A stretch of 64,000 nucleotides of DNA from Selaginella moellendorffii (lineage: Eukaryota > Plantae > Lycopodiophyta). The position numbers were made by a program, and so were the translations under genes. Position 1 is the stretch's first letter. Every line of letters starts with the position of its first letter. This document shows positions 25,368 through 37,184 of the stretch, one piece after another. The notes below the pieces were generated by a model. It was not told the origin of the DNA. It made no database searches and worked only from the letters and a program-made list of their open reading frames with translations. Location: NCBI RefSeq assembly GCF_000143415.4, contig NW_003314347.1:1-64000 (forward strand), given 5' to 3'.

Positions 25368-27261
25368 CTGAAATGAAATGCGTTAGCATAAAAAATGGTA
25401 CAAGTCAATTTTACCATCTACAATATTAGCGAATGGTGCTCCCGATGGTCGTTCAGAGGGTTTTGGTCGAGGAAACGTGAAGGGCGGAAATACTCTCCTC
25501 TGCAATGTGGGGTCAATCGCATCCGATGGCGTGTGGGCACATGCCATTTCAGCTGTAGACTCTGGTACAACTGGCTCAACAGTGGCATGGGGTGGTTCCG
25601 ATGGTGTGTGATCACATGCCATTTCAGCTGGTGCCTCCATTGGCAAAGTGGACATGACCGAACAGGCAATAGGGGCGGTGTAGGGAGGTTCCAACGGCGC
25701 GTAGTCAGACGATTGGGCACACGTTGAGTCCGTTGGAAATGAGGATACGACCGGCTCAGCGGCTGGGGCGGCCTCATGCGGGTCCAATGGCGCCTGGTCA
25801 CCGTCAGTTGGATACGTGGACAAGATTGACTCAGTGGTATGGGCAGTATCAAGTGGAGCGTGGTCAGCTTGCTTGGCGTTGATATGGATAGTAGCCTCCA
25901 CCAGCTTTGATGACTCTTGCAGGCAAGTAGAGTCCACTGGCGGATCCATATGCATGTCCAAATATCTCCCTTCGATTGAGATGGTATCCTCCCTACTGGC
26001 TACTAAAAACAAACTCATTAGCACATTGAATCGACTATACTGTATTTACCATCAACTGCTATTGAGGAACTAGGACCGATATCACTTGGGCGCACTGCTG
26101 ATTCTGAAGGATTGGACATACATTTCGACCCTTGCTTGGCACTATCCTTCCTTGACACTAAAGGCTAGAGTTTGTATCTTAATTCAACTGAATAATCTCT
26201 ACTTACCATTTGCTTTGCGACCTACATGGACAATGTTAGAAATGGTAAAAGGTTAGGAATGGATGTACTATTATTTACCTGATGGTTTGTCTTGTATGAC
26301 CTTCCTCCGCTGCTCTTTGGCCACCTCAGGCTGGCCATCGTCGTCATCATCGTCGTCATCGTTATTGTGATCGTCACCATTGTGAGGACCATCCAAGTCC
26401 TCTTCGTCCTCCTCTTCTTCGTCCTCCTCTTCTTTGTCCTCCTCTTCGTCCTTCTGCTCTTCCTGCTCATTATCTTTCTCTGACTCCTCATCCCCCTCCT
26501 GCATTTCTTCCATAGGCTGCTCAGGCTGGATGGCTTGTTCTTCCAGGACCATCTTGGGAAAATCATCTGGCCGAGTCTCCATCTCAAAATACAAGACATC
26601 CATAGCTTGTTTTAGTGCGTGACTTAGGACCGTATCCTCACCCGACTGTCTTAACATGGTTTCTGCACGTTCTTGCACCCTTCGAAGACGACGAGATGAG
26701 AAAAACGTGGCCCTGACTTGAAAAGCATCCCTCATCCATTGTACCTCTCCATTGAGATTGGGGAAGGGGAGTCTGCCATAGGAATCTGAGTCAGGAGGTG
26801 GTGACCGTGAGGCATTACCTATCATCTTTTCGTTGCCCTTCTTCCTTTTCGAATCAAACGCCTCTGATCCCGACGACTGTCCAACGTGCTTTCGCTTTTT
26901 ATGACCACTGTCAGTTTGAGCTTGGCTGGTGCTTGCCTGTTTTGCCTTTGAAGAAGTGTCTCCTGCAAGGAATGGCATGAGACCACACGCCATTGCAAAT
27001 ATAATTTGTACCTCCTTTTTTCCTATTGCTTGTCTATTTGTCCTTCTTCGACACGCCACCAGTGCGCTTTTCAGTCCTCGTGTCTGAATATTCACAACAA
27101 TCTATAATCAAAATGGCGTGAGGCCTCACGTGACCTTACCTTGTGCAGGTTGTGAGCTCGGCCCAACAGTAGCTGTTAACGCCGTTTCAGCATCTGGGGG
27201 TGGCCACGCTCCTGCATACAGAGCTTGTGAGATAACATTTAAACTTAAAGTGCGTACTCAC

Positions 27262-27961
27262 CAAGTTCGCAGAGAAGATACTGTTTTTCTTTGGCAACTG
27301 TAATTATATGCTTCATTGAAGTCACCTCTTCAATGGAGTTTGTCACCGCAACACACGGGACACCCTTGAGTAGTGCGGCTCGAAAGAATAGTCCGCCGCA
27401 GTTGTACTCGACAACGCATTTGCCCTTGGAGTCGGAAGCAGGTGCTATTGCGTTGAAGACCCAGCTGAGCATTTCCCATGCTGCACCTGGAGCTTTCTCT
27501 GGATTCGAAAGCTCCATAGCCGTCTTCAGTTCCTCAGGCATGGGTAAATTGACCTCCCTCAGATCAATTCGATCGGCCTTGTCGAACGAAGTTGGGAAGT
27601 CACTCCAGTCCCACTCTGCTGCAGGACCAATAACAAGGGCGAGTGTGAAGATGCGGACATTCGTCGGTATCTTCTTCTTAGCCATTATCCCATGGATCTC
27701 CTGCATCTCCTTGCTTTTCAACCGAGCCTTCACCTCGTTCAAGGCCTTCCAGAACTTGTGATAGGATTCGGAGTCGTAGATCATATAGTGGACTGAAGAT
27801 TCCACCTCCGCAAGTCCCACCATTAAGTCAATGATGGAGCTGACTTCGTCTGCATGAGTGATCTCCTCGTTTGTGAAGTCCATCACACAAAAGATGTTCT
27901 TGACCTGCTCATCTCCGCGGGAAACGATGCTCCTCCACCTTTGATCCTCATCCGAATTCAC
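27262..27961 (-). CDS. Degenerate beta-class (N6A/N4C) DNA methyltransferase-like segment of the cargo gene
   Basis: NPEK..EMLSWVFNAIA...GKCVVEYNCGGLFFRAALLKGVPCVAV resembles QKP..L...I.....GD.VLD.F.GSG...AA...GR..IG; catalytic DPPY is absent (MDFT at the expected position). Confidence 0.45.
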
Positions 27962-28779
27962 GTATACCCGGTAAGGTTCTCGATAGGCCTCTGCTGCGGG
28001 GTCGAGCTATTTCTGAAGCCGGCGGTCGACATCCCTCTTAATGAAATTTGGATACTGATCCAACTTCTCAGCTTTACTTTTCGTGGCATCCCGCAGCAGA
28101 TCGATGAACTTGGGGGCCCCCTTCACATAGTCGTCGATGTCTTCATTTGACAACTCTAGCTCTTCCATCATCTCTTGCATGGTGTCGATGCTCACCCTCT
28201 CCATGGCCACTTGCTCGAAGATCCAATCCTTCAATAGCGCACGAGCTCTCAGAGTTGTGCACAAGTCCTCGTATGTCACAATATGGCCGGGAGTCATTTT
28301 GGTCTTGTTGAAGACTACCTCACCACGTAGAAGAGCATTAGCCACTGTCAAAAGGTCGTCGTCGTCTAGACACCGCGAGAAACACAAGGCGTTGAGCTTC
28401 AAATCATTGGGCTTCCGGCTGTCCTCCACACCCATTGAGTTTAGCAACTCCCCGTCATGGTACCTCCTCAGCACATCTACCCATTTGTCAAAAACAACTT
28501 TTGTCGCGAGTAGAATGTTATGGATGCTAAGTGTGTCATTGACCCCCAGTGTTTTCGAGAGAAGACTCGAGAATTCCTGCAATGGAAATGGCGTGAGGCC
28601 ACATGCTATGCCACATGCTATGCCACATGCAACGAGGCTTACCTGCCAGGCGCTAGTTGCTAGTGCACGTCCTTGTCCTGGTTTTTGTGGCTTCTTCAGT
28701 TGAACCCAAAGCTTCCGTGTTCGTGCCAATGTCTCGTGCAGACCCGATTTGTAGCATGTTTCTTGCTTGACATTCTGTG

Positions 28780-29160
28780 CGTGGGAGATGGATATGATAG
28801 ATTGGAGGGGCGAGTTGCCTTTTATCAGGCGGACAACTCTTGTCTTGAAGACTTTCTTCACCTCCTCGCCCACCATAATATCCACAACTATCTCTTGCAT
28901 CGCCAAGCTAGAATGCTGCCCGGAGACGGCATAGAACCAGATGTTCTGATCGTCCAACACCTTCCTATTGATCAAGTCTGGAAACCTCGTCTCGCTCTTC
29001 ATTGTTCGGTAGTAGGGGATCACGTCTGCGATGTCGGGTGTTACTGGACTTGCCAGCATCTTCTGCTTTAGTTTCTCCACCCACTCATCAGATACTAGCC
29101 TGTGGTTGTATTTGCTTTGGATGTCGATACAGCTCACGTCGATTGTATATACTTTGTTGG
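28780..29160 (-). CDS. ParB/Sulfiredoxin-like domain of the cargo gene
   Basis: IDVSCIDI...NHRLVSDEWVEKLKQKM...ADVIP...FYAVSGQHSSLAMQEI fits the ParBc pattern (R....V..L...; y.v.dG.HR..A). Confidence 0.6.
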
Positions 29161-30754
29161 AATAGTAACAAGTACTATTATCTGCGACGATTTTTGCTGC
29201 CTCTTCTTGCTCTTTCTGCTCTTTGCGGCTCTTCTTTTTGGTGGGTGTAGTGTTCGAACCCGAGGCAATGGCATCACCGAGTAGCTTCTTTTTTGGAGCA
29301 AGAGAGTCGGACGTTGGCTTGAGCTTGACCACCCTTTTCTGCTTCGGGGTAGTTTCCAGATCGACCCCCTTCCCCTTCGCTTCGCGAACTTGAGGCACTC
29401 TCAACGGCTCAATGTTGGAATATAGTTTTTGAACATCGCCGTAGGTGAGGTCCGTGGATTCCATGTGATCTTCATAGACCCGCAGCGTCTTTGAAATTGT
29501 GGGCCTCCTGGACAACCTCTCCCTAGCTCCCTCTAGGAATTCCTCATAGCCGCTGCCCCCCTCCAGGAAGCCGCTAGGATGTGCAAGGTGGATCTTGAAG
29601 GCAGACGCTGTCTCTACCACAAGTGCCAGTCCATATTCTTGCATGGAATTGCATGGAGTGTCTGTCACTTGGATGAGGATCCCCATGCATTCTTTTCTCC
29701 CACCATCTGTGTTGTACAGCCTCAGATCCTCGCCTTCCATCCCGAAAGTCCAATTGGTGAGCTCCTCCCCCTTCTCTGCATCCACATTGACAGTGGCTGG
29801 AAGAAGAACGCAATTCCTCGCCTGTTCAGAAATGCACAACAATTAGAGCTGACAGATGAAAAGCTAGCAGCTGGAAATAACGTGAGGCCACACGCTATTC
29901 ACCACTGCATCAGATGTCTTGAGGCTGCATCCTAAGATGGCGTGAGGCTACATGCCATCTGTAACCGGACTGCACTCGAGAGCCCAATTAGTGCATGCCA
30001 ATGTTGCTACTGAATGGCATGTGGCCTCATGCCATTTTCTACTTGGCCTAAAAGACTTACCATTTGAAGCCAAATGGAGGCGTGACAATTGAGGCCGGAC
30101 TCGCTGGCGAATGTGCACTGTGTGTGCAGCGGATCGTAGCAGCAAGGCTACTCTGCCACTTAACAGTTGGAGAGTGGTGCTGAAATCTCCCGGGACGCCA
30201 AGTGGGCTGCGTGTGGGTGGCGGAGTGGGCGGCGGAGTTGGCGGCGAAGTTACAAACTGGGTGTGTCTTGAAGTGGACGCCGATGCACACGAGCGCGATG
30301 CGAGCGTGAGTGTGATGCAAGCGCGAGTGGACGCCGATGCACACAAGAAATCTGTAGAGAAGGTAGATGAGCGCGAATGTGAGCGTGATCGCGAGTGGGA
30401 GCGCGATGCGAGCGCGAGTACGAAGCAAAATGCAAAACCTAACCTCATACGTGCGAAATGTCACAACGGTTGGTAATCCCGCCACGTCATCATTCCTCGG
30501 ATTTGGGCACCACCATTAATTTCTGGATTGCCGCGCGTATGCAAGCACGCAAAATCCAAAAGAAATCCGCAACGTCATCATTCCTCGGACTGCATGCACG
30601 CGAAATCCAAAAGAAAGATCATGATTGGGATATCATTTAATACCCTCGCTATATTTATACCATGCATGATTGGATATTCCAAAGCATCTTGTATTTCCAA
30701 AAATGGCAGATGTTCAACTAAATAAAGAAATTCTATCTGTTTCTATTTTTCTCT

Positions 30755-32090
30755 CAAATCAATATTATAGCGTGTGGGCTTATGCAATTTTGAACCAAAG
30801 AAACCCAAAAAACGTTGGACCCAAAATATTTTGAAAAAACCCAAAAAACCCTAAACATTTTAAACCCAAAAATCCAGGCGTCTTGTGGCGTTATTCCTTG
30901 AATGGCGTGTGGGCGCATGCCATTTTCAGGGCCAAATGCTGAATGGAGAAAAATTCCCTTTCAGTGCAAATGCTACAAGAGGCAAATGCCGAGCACAAAG
31001 GACTGTAACTACCTCACATGACACAGATAAACTTTTCTCTATTTGGCAAAGATAAACTTTATAGCGTGTGGGCTCATGCAATTTTGAACCCAAAAAATGC
31101 ACCAAAAAATTCTCGACGTCATCTAGTGTTATCTCTTGAATGGCGTGGGGCCGCATGCCATTTTCAGGGTCACATAGGAGTATATTCCTAGGATATTCTG
31201 ACATGCGCGAGATTTTTTTGAGTTTTCTGGAGATCCAACCGTTAGATTGCAACTAGATTTTACAGAATGGTATACAATGTCTTTCTTGATGACCTTGCAA
31301 AGAAGCATCTCGATCGAACACCACATGAGACCACACGAGCCTTACAATGTTTCAGGGGCATTTGCCATAGATCCGACCGTTATTTTGCTCCAAGATTTTA
31401 CAGTTTGGTGTGCATTGACCTTTCCATCGACACTGCAAAGGGACATCACAATCAGATGCGGGATCACAAGAAACTAACTTCACTAACTCTGGTTTCACCA
31501 AGATCTACGTAAAGAGTTATGAAATGAAAGGACCCTCTCTATTGAAATGTGTTTATGGTCCTAGGGGCATTGTGACATATCAAAGGATTTTGCATCAAGT
31601 TCTGTATTTGCATGTTTATCAAGCTACTGAATTGCTAAACCCTAAACCCTAAACATGTGGCAAATGCTACGTGAAGAAAGATGCCCTTTCTGGGCAAATG
31701 CTGTAAGAGGCAGATGCCGAGCAGATGTATCTCAGGCTGGCAAAGGGGACAAACGAAAGCTAGCTATAAACATGACGGGATGCAAATAGATTACTAGGCT
31801 AGTCCTGCAAAAATCAAAAACCATAATTGAAAACATTGAAAATGCAAAAAGAAAGGTTTATAATATTTTTGAATTTTAAGCAACCAAAGGAATGTAAGTA
31901 GGGCATGTGTTTATAAGTTTAAAAATGCCTCAACCACTTAAATTCCCAAGTAAATAAAGCTGTTTTTATTTTTGGTACAGGTAAATTTTATAGCGTGTGG
32001 GCTCATGCAATTTTGAACCCAAAAATGCACCAAAACATGCTCGACTAGCATTATTCTTTGAATGGCGTGTGGCCTTATATTGCCATAAAT
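30755..32090. repeat. Three dispersed direct repeats between the divergent genes, each with a pair of palindromes
   Basis: ttatagcgtgtgggctcatgcaattttgaacc...cttgaatggcgtg units at ~30765-30930, ~31058-31170 and ~31987-32090. Confidence 0.85.
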
Positions 32091-32774
32091 GGACGTACAC
32101 ACACAGTATAATTATTCCTTTACACGGCGAATAATCTTGGCGCGGATCGCTGACATGGCATGGCAAAGTTCGAATCACTGACATGGCACAGCTGGATCGA
32201 GGCAAGGACATGATGTGACAAAGTTCAACCTCTGACAGCAAAGTCTAGAAGCTACTCAGTTTGAAATTTGTTAGAGGAGTCATAAGATCTGGTTTGTCAG
32301 AGGATTTGATGTGACGTTCAAGCGTGTGTTATTTTTGAATTCTCGAACTCATTCCTAGGTCTATCATTTTTGTGCACCGTGTTCTTGGTTCCGCTGAGCG
32401 CAGTGAGCGCTGCTTGTGTAAGCGGCGTTGTGAGCTGTGGTTTATGCGTCTATGAGCGGTTGCGGCATTGCGAGCGCCATTGCGAGCGGCAGTTTATGCG
32501 AGTGGCAGTTTGTGCGAGCGGCGCTACGAGCAGTTGCGGTGTTGTGAGCGGCGCTACGAGTAGTTGCGGTGTTGCGAGCGGCACTGTCTTTGGTGTGGCT
32601 ACCGCTTCCTCTTGATATTCGGCACTTGTGCTTCCTGGTATGTTCACCATGGAATGGCTTAGGACCACATTTAGAAATGGCATGAGGCCACATGCCATCT
32701 TGGGCCCTTGCAATTTCATGGCTAGTATATTGTCATGTATGTTTTTACTTGCCTGCAGCTGTGTGTATATCAAG

Positions 32775-32957
32775 ATGGCATGAGGCCTCATGCCATCTTT
32801 GGCCCCTGCTAGCCTATTGCCATATTCCTTTTGAACTGTATATATTTTTGTATGGGTGACTAGTCACGCACACAAAAATATATACAGTTGCAGCAAGGCA
32901 AAAGGAATATAGCAACAGGCTAGCAGGGGCCAAAGATAGCGTGAGGCCTCATGCCAT
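32775..32957. repeat. ~180-bp near-perfect inverted repeat upstream of the transposase
   Basis: Arms pair around GTGACTAGTCAC (centre 32861/32862); both ends are 22-bp palindromes. Confidence 0.9.
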
Positions 32958-33144
32958 TAGTGGTACCACTAATAGCATGAGGGCTCATGCCAATTTTGTG
33001 AATGTGAAATTTCACGTGGGGTCAATAGCATGTTTGAATAATGGCATGTGGCCTCATGCTATTGAGGTTGTTTGGTATGTTATGATTTAAGCCATTCTCC
33101 AATCATTTTTTGTATGGTCTTAACTTCTTTTCTGCACTTTCAGA

Positions 33145-36100
33145 ATGGCCTTCAGGGTTGGGGAAAAGGTTTACATTTTGAATGGTGGGAAGAGAGTTGC
33201 AAAAGGGACCCTTGTGTCTATGGATCGGAACTTTGTTATACACTGTCAAAGGCTTGGGGAAGGCAATGCTGTTGTATCAGTAGAGACTGTCTTCGATGGG
33301 AATGTGGTCGCTATTGAACGAGGAGAGATAGTCGTCGGGGTAAATGTTGTTGTTGCCTTGAAAAATCTTCAGAAGAAAGCAGATGTTGGGGACAGCGCAA
33401 GTGCGACGCATATTCCCTCCGTGGATCTTAAGAACCGTGCTACATGGATTCAGGCGAAGGTGTTTCTAAACAACCCCGAGGGGGAAGTGGTAGCTGAGGG
33501 CTTAGCCACAGTTGTCGATCCAAGAGATGCGGTTGCTAATCAAGAATTGGGCTGGGATGATATTGGAGTTGCAATTTTAGAGGTTGTTGACACAGAAGAA
33601 AACAGTCTGACTATTGGAAGCATTGTGCGGTGGAAATTGAGGCACTTAGTGTTTGAGAATGTGAAGGATTCACAATCAAACACCACTACAACTGATGACA
33701 GAACATCTCTTCATGGGAAAAGAAAGTACACCTTCCTAAAGCACAGCCAAAGGGATCTGAGCAACGAACCGAAAAGGCAGAAAATGGCGATGGAGGTTCG
33801 AATGGTCTCGACAGTTGCTTATTGCAAGAGGAGGTGCTGTCAACATGCTGATTGGGATGCTATTGAAGAGGAGAGAGCAAGATACAAGACATTATCCTGG
33901 AAGGCAGCTCGCAATTTTGTGTATGAGGCATTACGGTCATCTGTTGATGCTTTAGAACATTAGGTGGGGGGCATGGTCTTCCAGAGGGGTTTGGTCTGCA
34001 TGAAGGCATGGAGAATCATTTATGGAGTCCCTCAAACCACATTCTACAGAATCAAAACTGAGTTCGAGGAACAAAGGGTTCAACAGGCAGTCCATGGGAA
34101 CGACGGTACGCACAAAACTAGGGGTCATGTTGTATATGGAGAGGCAATCTTCAAGAGGTTTGTCGAGACATGTAGCGAGCAGCAACCACATAAAACCCAC
34201 CTCTTGGAAGATGGAACACGAGACACCCAACGAGTTCTCCCTTCCATGTATACCAAGGGGGCCATATTGGAAGATGTGAATCGGGAACTCCAGAGTAATG
34301 GCTACAGGAAGCTGAGCCAATCTAGATTTAATAGATTGTGGAGCAACAGGTTCAGGGATGTGAGTATAGGAAAGTACTCCAGCTTTTCAAAGTGTGACGA
34401 GTGCACTGCTATCAAAATGGCTTTGTCAAAAAATTCTTGCAGCGCTCAAGAGCGAGAGACGTTGGTTAGAAGGCGGCTCGACCACAACATTGAGCAGAGA
34501 AGCTGCAGGACTGCATATTATCATAACAGGATTCTCTCCATGGAGAGACCTGACTCTTACCTCTGCATCATCCACGACAAAATGGACCAGAAAAAGACGT
34601 GCTTACCTCGACTCAATCCTGCCCCCAAGGCAATCTCTTCATCCATGCAGCTGCCTGTGTCTCTGTTTGGCATAATCGCTCATGGGCATGGTGCCCAGAA
34701 CTATGGGAACTTCTTTGTACCTCTATGGGGTGGTGGGGGTGCAAACATGATGATTGCGTCCCTAGCAAAACACTTAAGGTCTCTGCAAAGTGTGCAGACT
34801 AAGCTGAACGGCCAACCCTTGCATAAGGCCCTTGTCGATCGAACCCCATACAGGGTTCAACTGGAGGAGGAGCAAAGGCTTGCAGTATCGCGTGGGGCCC
34901 CATGCCATCCCAGTGAATATGTTGGCCGTCAGATTGTAGGGTTATCACGTGAGGCCTCATGCCATTCCGACGAGGCTGGTCGCCCGGTGAATGCACAGCC
35001 TCATCCAAACGAAGCAGAATCTCAAAGAAGTTCTTGCGGCCAATGTGGCCTTCCACCTCATCTTCTGCTCCAAACAGACAATGCTGGCAGTGAGAACAAA
35101 AACATGTACGTCTTTGCGTACTTGGCGATGCTTGTTGCCAAAGGCATATTTGAAACAGTTACACTTGGCTTTCTCATGGTTGGGCACACTCATGAAGACG
35201 TCGATGCCATGTTCAGTCACCTGGCAGAGTCCCTCCGGCAATCCAATGTCCTCACCCTCCCACAACTCTACGATGAATTCCAAAATTGCATCAAAGGCAC
35301 TGTTGAAGCTGCACTTCTGACAGAGGTTCCAGACTTTAAGGGGTTTGTAAGAGGCTACATCAGGGACGGATCCGAAGCGCTGATTGGCCACTCCAAGCCT
35401 CTTCAATTTCATTTCAGCATGTGTGACGGTGCTCCAGTGATGAGGTACAAGATGAGAGAATGGGACACAGTGTGGCTGCCAGTGGACGGCATTGAACTCT
35501 TCAAGAGAGATCCCATAACTGGGGAACCTATGATTCCTCAGGGTTCCCCACGGCCGATGCACCCGGATGGACTCAAAGACCAGGAAAGTATAGTGGCCAG
35601 GATTAGATAGCATATTGCCTTTTGGAAGAGGGGGTTGGTGTTTGGTGGAGAATCTTATTTTCAGAGGTGCAAGCCTTTGCTCGAATACTGGGAGAAGATT
35701 ATATCTGTTATCCAAAATGGGCCGGTTGTATATGAAGAATTGGAAGAGTCCTTTTGGCCAGAACCCAGAGCACCAGATAGTAGCGGAACAATGTCCTCTG
35801 GAAATGTAGTGACAGATAACGATGTTGAAGATCACTATTGTGGGCTGAGGAACAAGAAGCCGGATTCAGCATTCAATCCAGTACAGGTCTGCAAAGGAAT
35901 GGTCGTGCTTGTCAGACCCAGTAATAAAAAATAAATGATATGGGTGGGGCGCTGCATCACTGATGCAGAGGAGGACGCGGAAACTAACTCCTTCAATGTA
36001 ACTGTGGAGTGGTTCAAGCCAAGTTCCAGATATACGAAAGATTGCCTAGAAAAGAGATGGGTGCTGAATCCAAGGGATCCCAGCATGAGCATATCGGTGG

Positions 36101-36286
36101 ATAATGTTGTGCATGGTTGGATGCGGAAGCAGAGTGCCACCATCACCTTGCCAGACCATGCAAGAGATGCAGCAAGAGCATTCATAACTCGGGTTCAAGG
36201 TGAGATTCATTAATATTCCTTTACTAAGTTTCTAATGTATTTTATTTCAAGGTGAACAATCCAAATCTGAATCAGAGGAGGTGTGA
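33145..36286 (+). pseudogene. Sola1-like/DUF7869 DDD transposase (~1,030 codons) with three in-frame stops
   Basis: ORFs 33145-33963, 33964-35610, 35611-35934 and 35935-36213 are all in one frame. Motifs CKRRCC, KCDEC, IIHDKMDQKKTCLPR, LLLQTDNAGSENKN, FLMVGHTHEDVDAMFS. Likely final intron 36200-36251 and stop at 36284-36286. Confidence 0.88.
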
Positions 36287-36927
36287 TGGCATGTGGCCTT
36301 ACGCCATTCCTAGGTGAGATGATACAAATAACAAGTATAAATTCTTAGTTGTTCTAGCAAATCTTACTTAAAGTTTAAGGTGAACAAGCCGAATATGAAT
36401 TCATCGGATTGTTATAACAAATTGCGAGGTGATGGCATGAGGTGATACGCCATTTGAGAGTGGTAGCCATTCCTATATGAGATGAGTGAAATATTTATTA
36501 GAAATACCTCATTCAATTGTGCACTTCTAAGTCTTGGTCCACTCAGTACTGTTTGCATGTTTTTATTTTAATTCTTTCTCTAAAATGTTATTTAGCATGT
36601 GGCTTCATGCCATTGCTCTCCACAATCATGCATTGAATTTTTCTATCCTTGCATAATACTTCTCCATATATATAGCATGTGCGCACATGTGATATGGTTC
36701 ATTAGGCCTGATATAGTATGTGAGGTAAAACAAAGATGATGTGATATATGCATTTACCAATCACATGTGCATAAATCTAATAATATGGCGTGTGGCCCAT
36801 ATTAATGGCACATAAACCCATATTGTGGGCTTACGTGCTTTATGTACCATCATTCCCTTGCAGCGTGTGTGTTGGTTTCCTTTTATAACACAACGAACTC
36901 CATATTTTAGGGTGAAGAGCGTTCTCA

Positions 36928-37184
36928 TGGCAAGTACAAAATCTGTAAGTGAGGCAGAAAAGGAGACGGAGAAGGAGATAGGTGAAGATGTAGAATATAT
37001 AAGTCTTCTAAACTCCCCGTACTATACTCCAGGTGATCATTTTTCTAAACAAATGGCAACATTAACAACTATCGAGAACGCCCCAGTAACGTCAGAGACA
37101 ACAATCCAAAGCAAAACAACTGACCTAGAGAAGGATGATAGTACTGCTGAGAGTACCAAAAAGGAGGTGTCCACTAGCGCTTAG
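36928..37184 (+). CDS. Possible short acidic/Thr-rich ORF or extra exon inside the transposon
   Basis: MASTKSVSEAEKETEKE...; splice acceptor attttag just upstream; followed by a palindrome. Confidence 0.3.

Larger units (their letters stand above)
24505..30063 (-). pseudogene. 10-exon transposon cargo gene (~1,630 codons): ParB-like + methyltransferase-like + acidic/repeat linker + FCP1/NIF HAD domain; two premature TAG
   Basis: Coding exons 30061-30063, 28643-29821, 27262-28576, 27140-27211, 27012-27083, 26279-26962, 26207-26221, 26050-26157, 25415-26002, 24505-25367. All nine introns are GT-AG with compatible phases (total 4899 nt). Stops at 28007-28009 and 27034-27036. Confidence 0.8.

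Noticed and set aside
33961-33963. Programmed read-through or alternative genetic code at the in-frame stops
   Set aside because: Mixed TAG/TAA, no shared context, and neighbouring genes use standard stops; mutation is the simpler explanation
34957-35835. 292-aa antisense ORF
   Set aside because: Shadow of the transposase frame; no recognisable motifs
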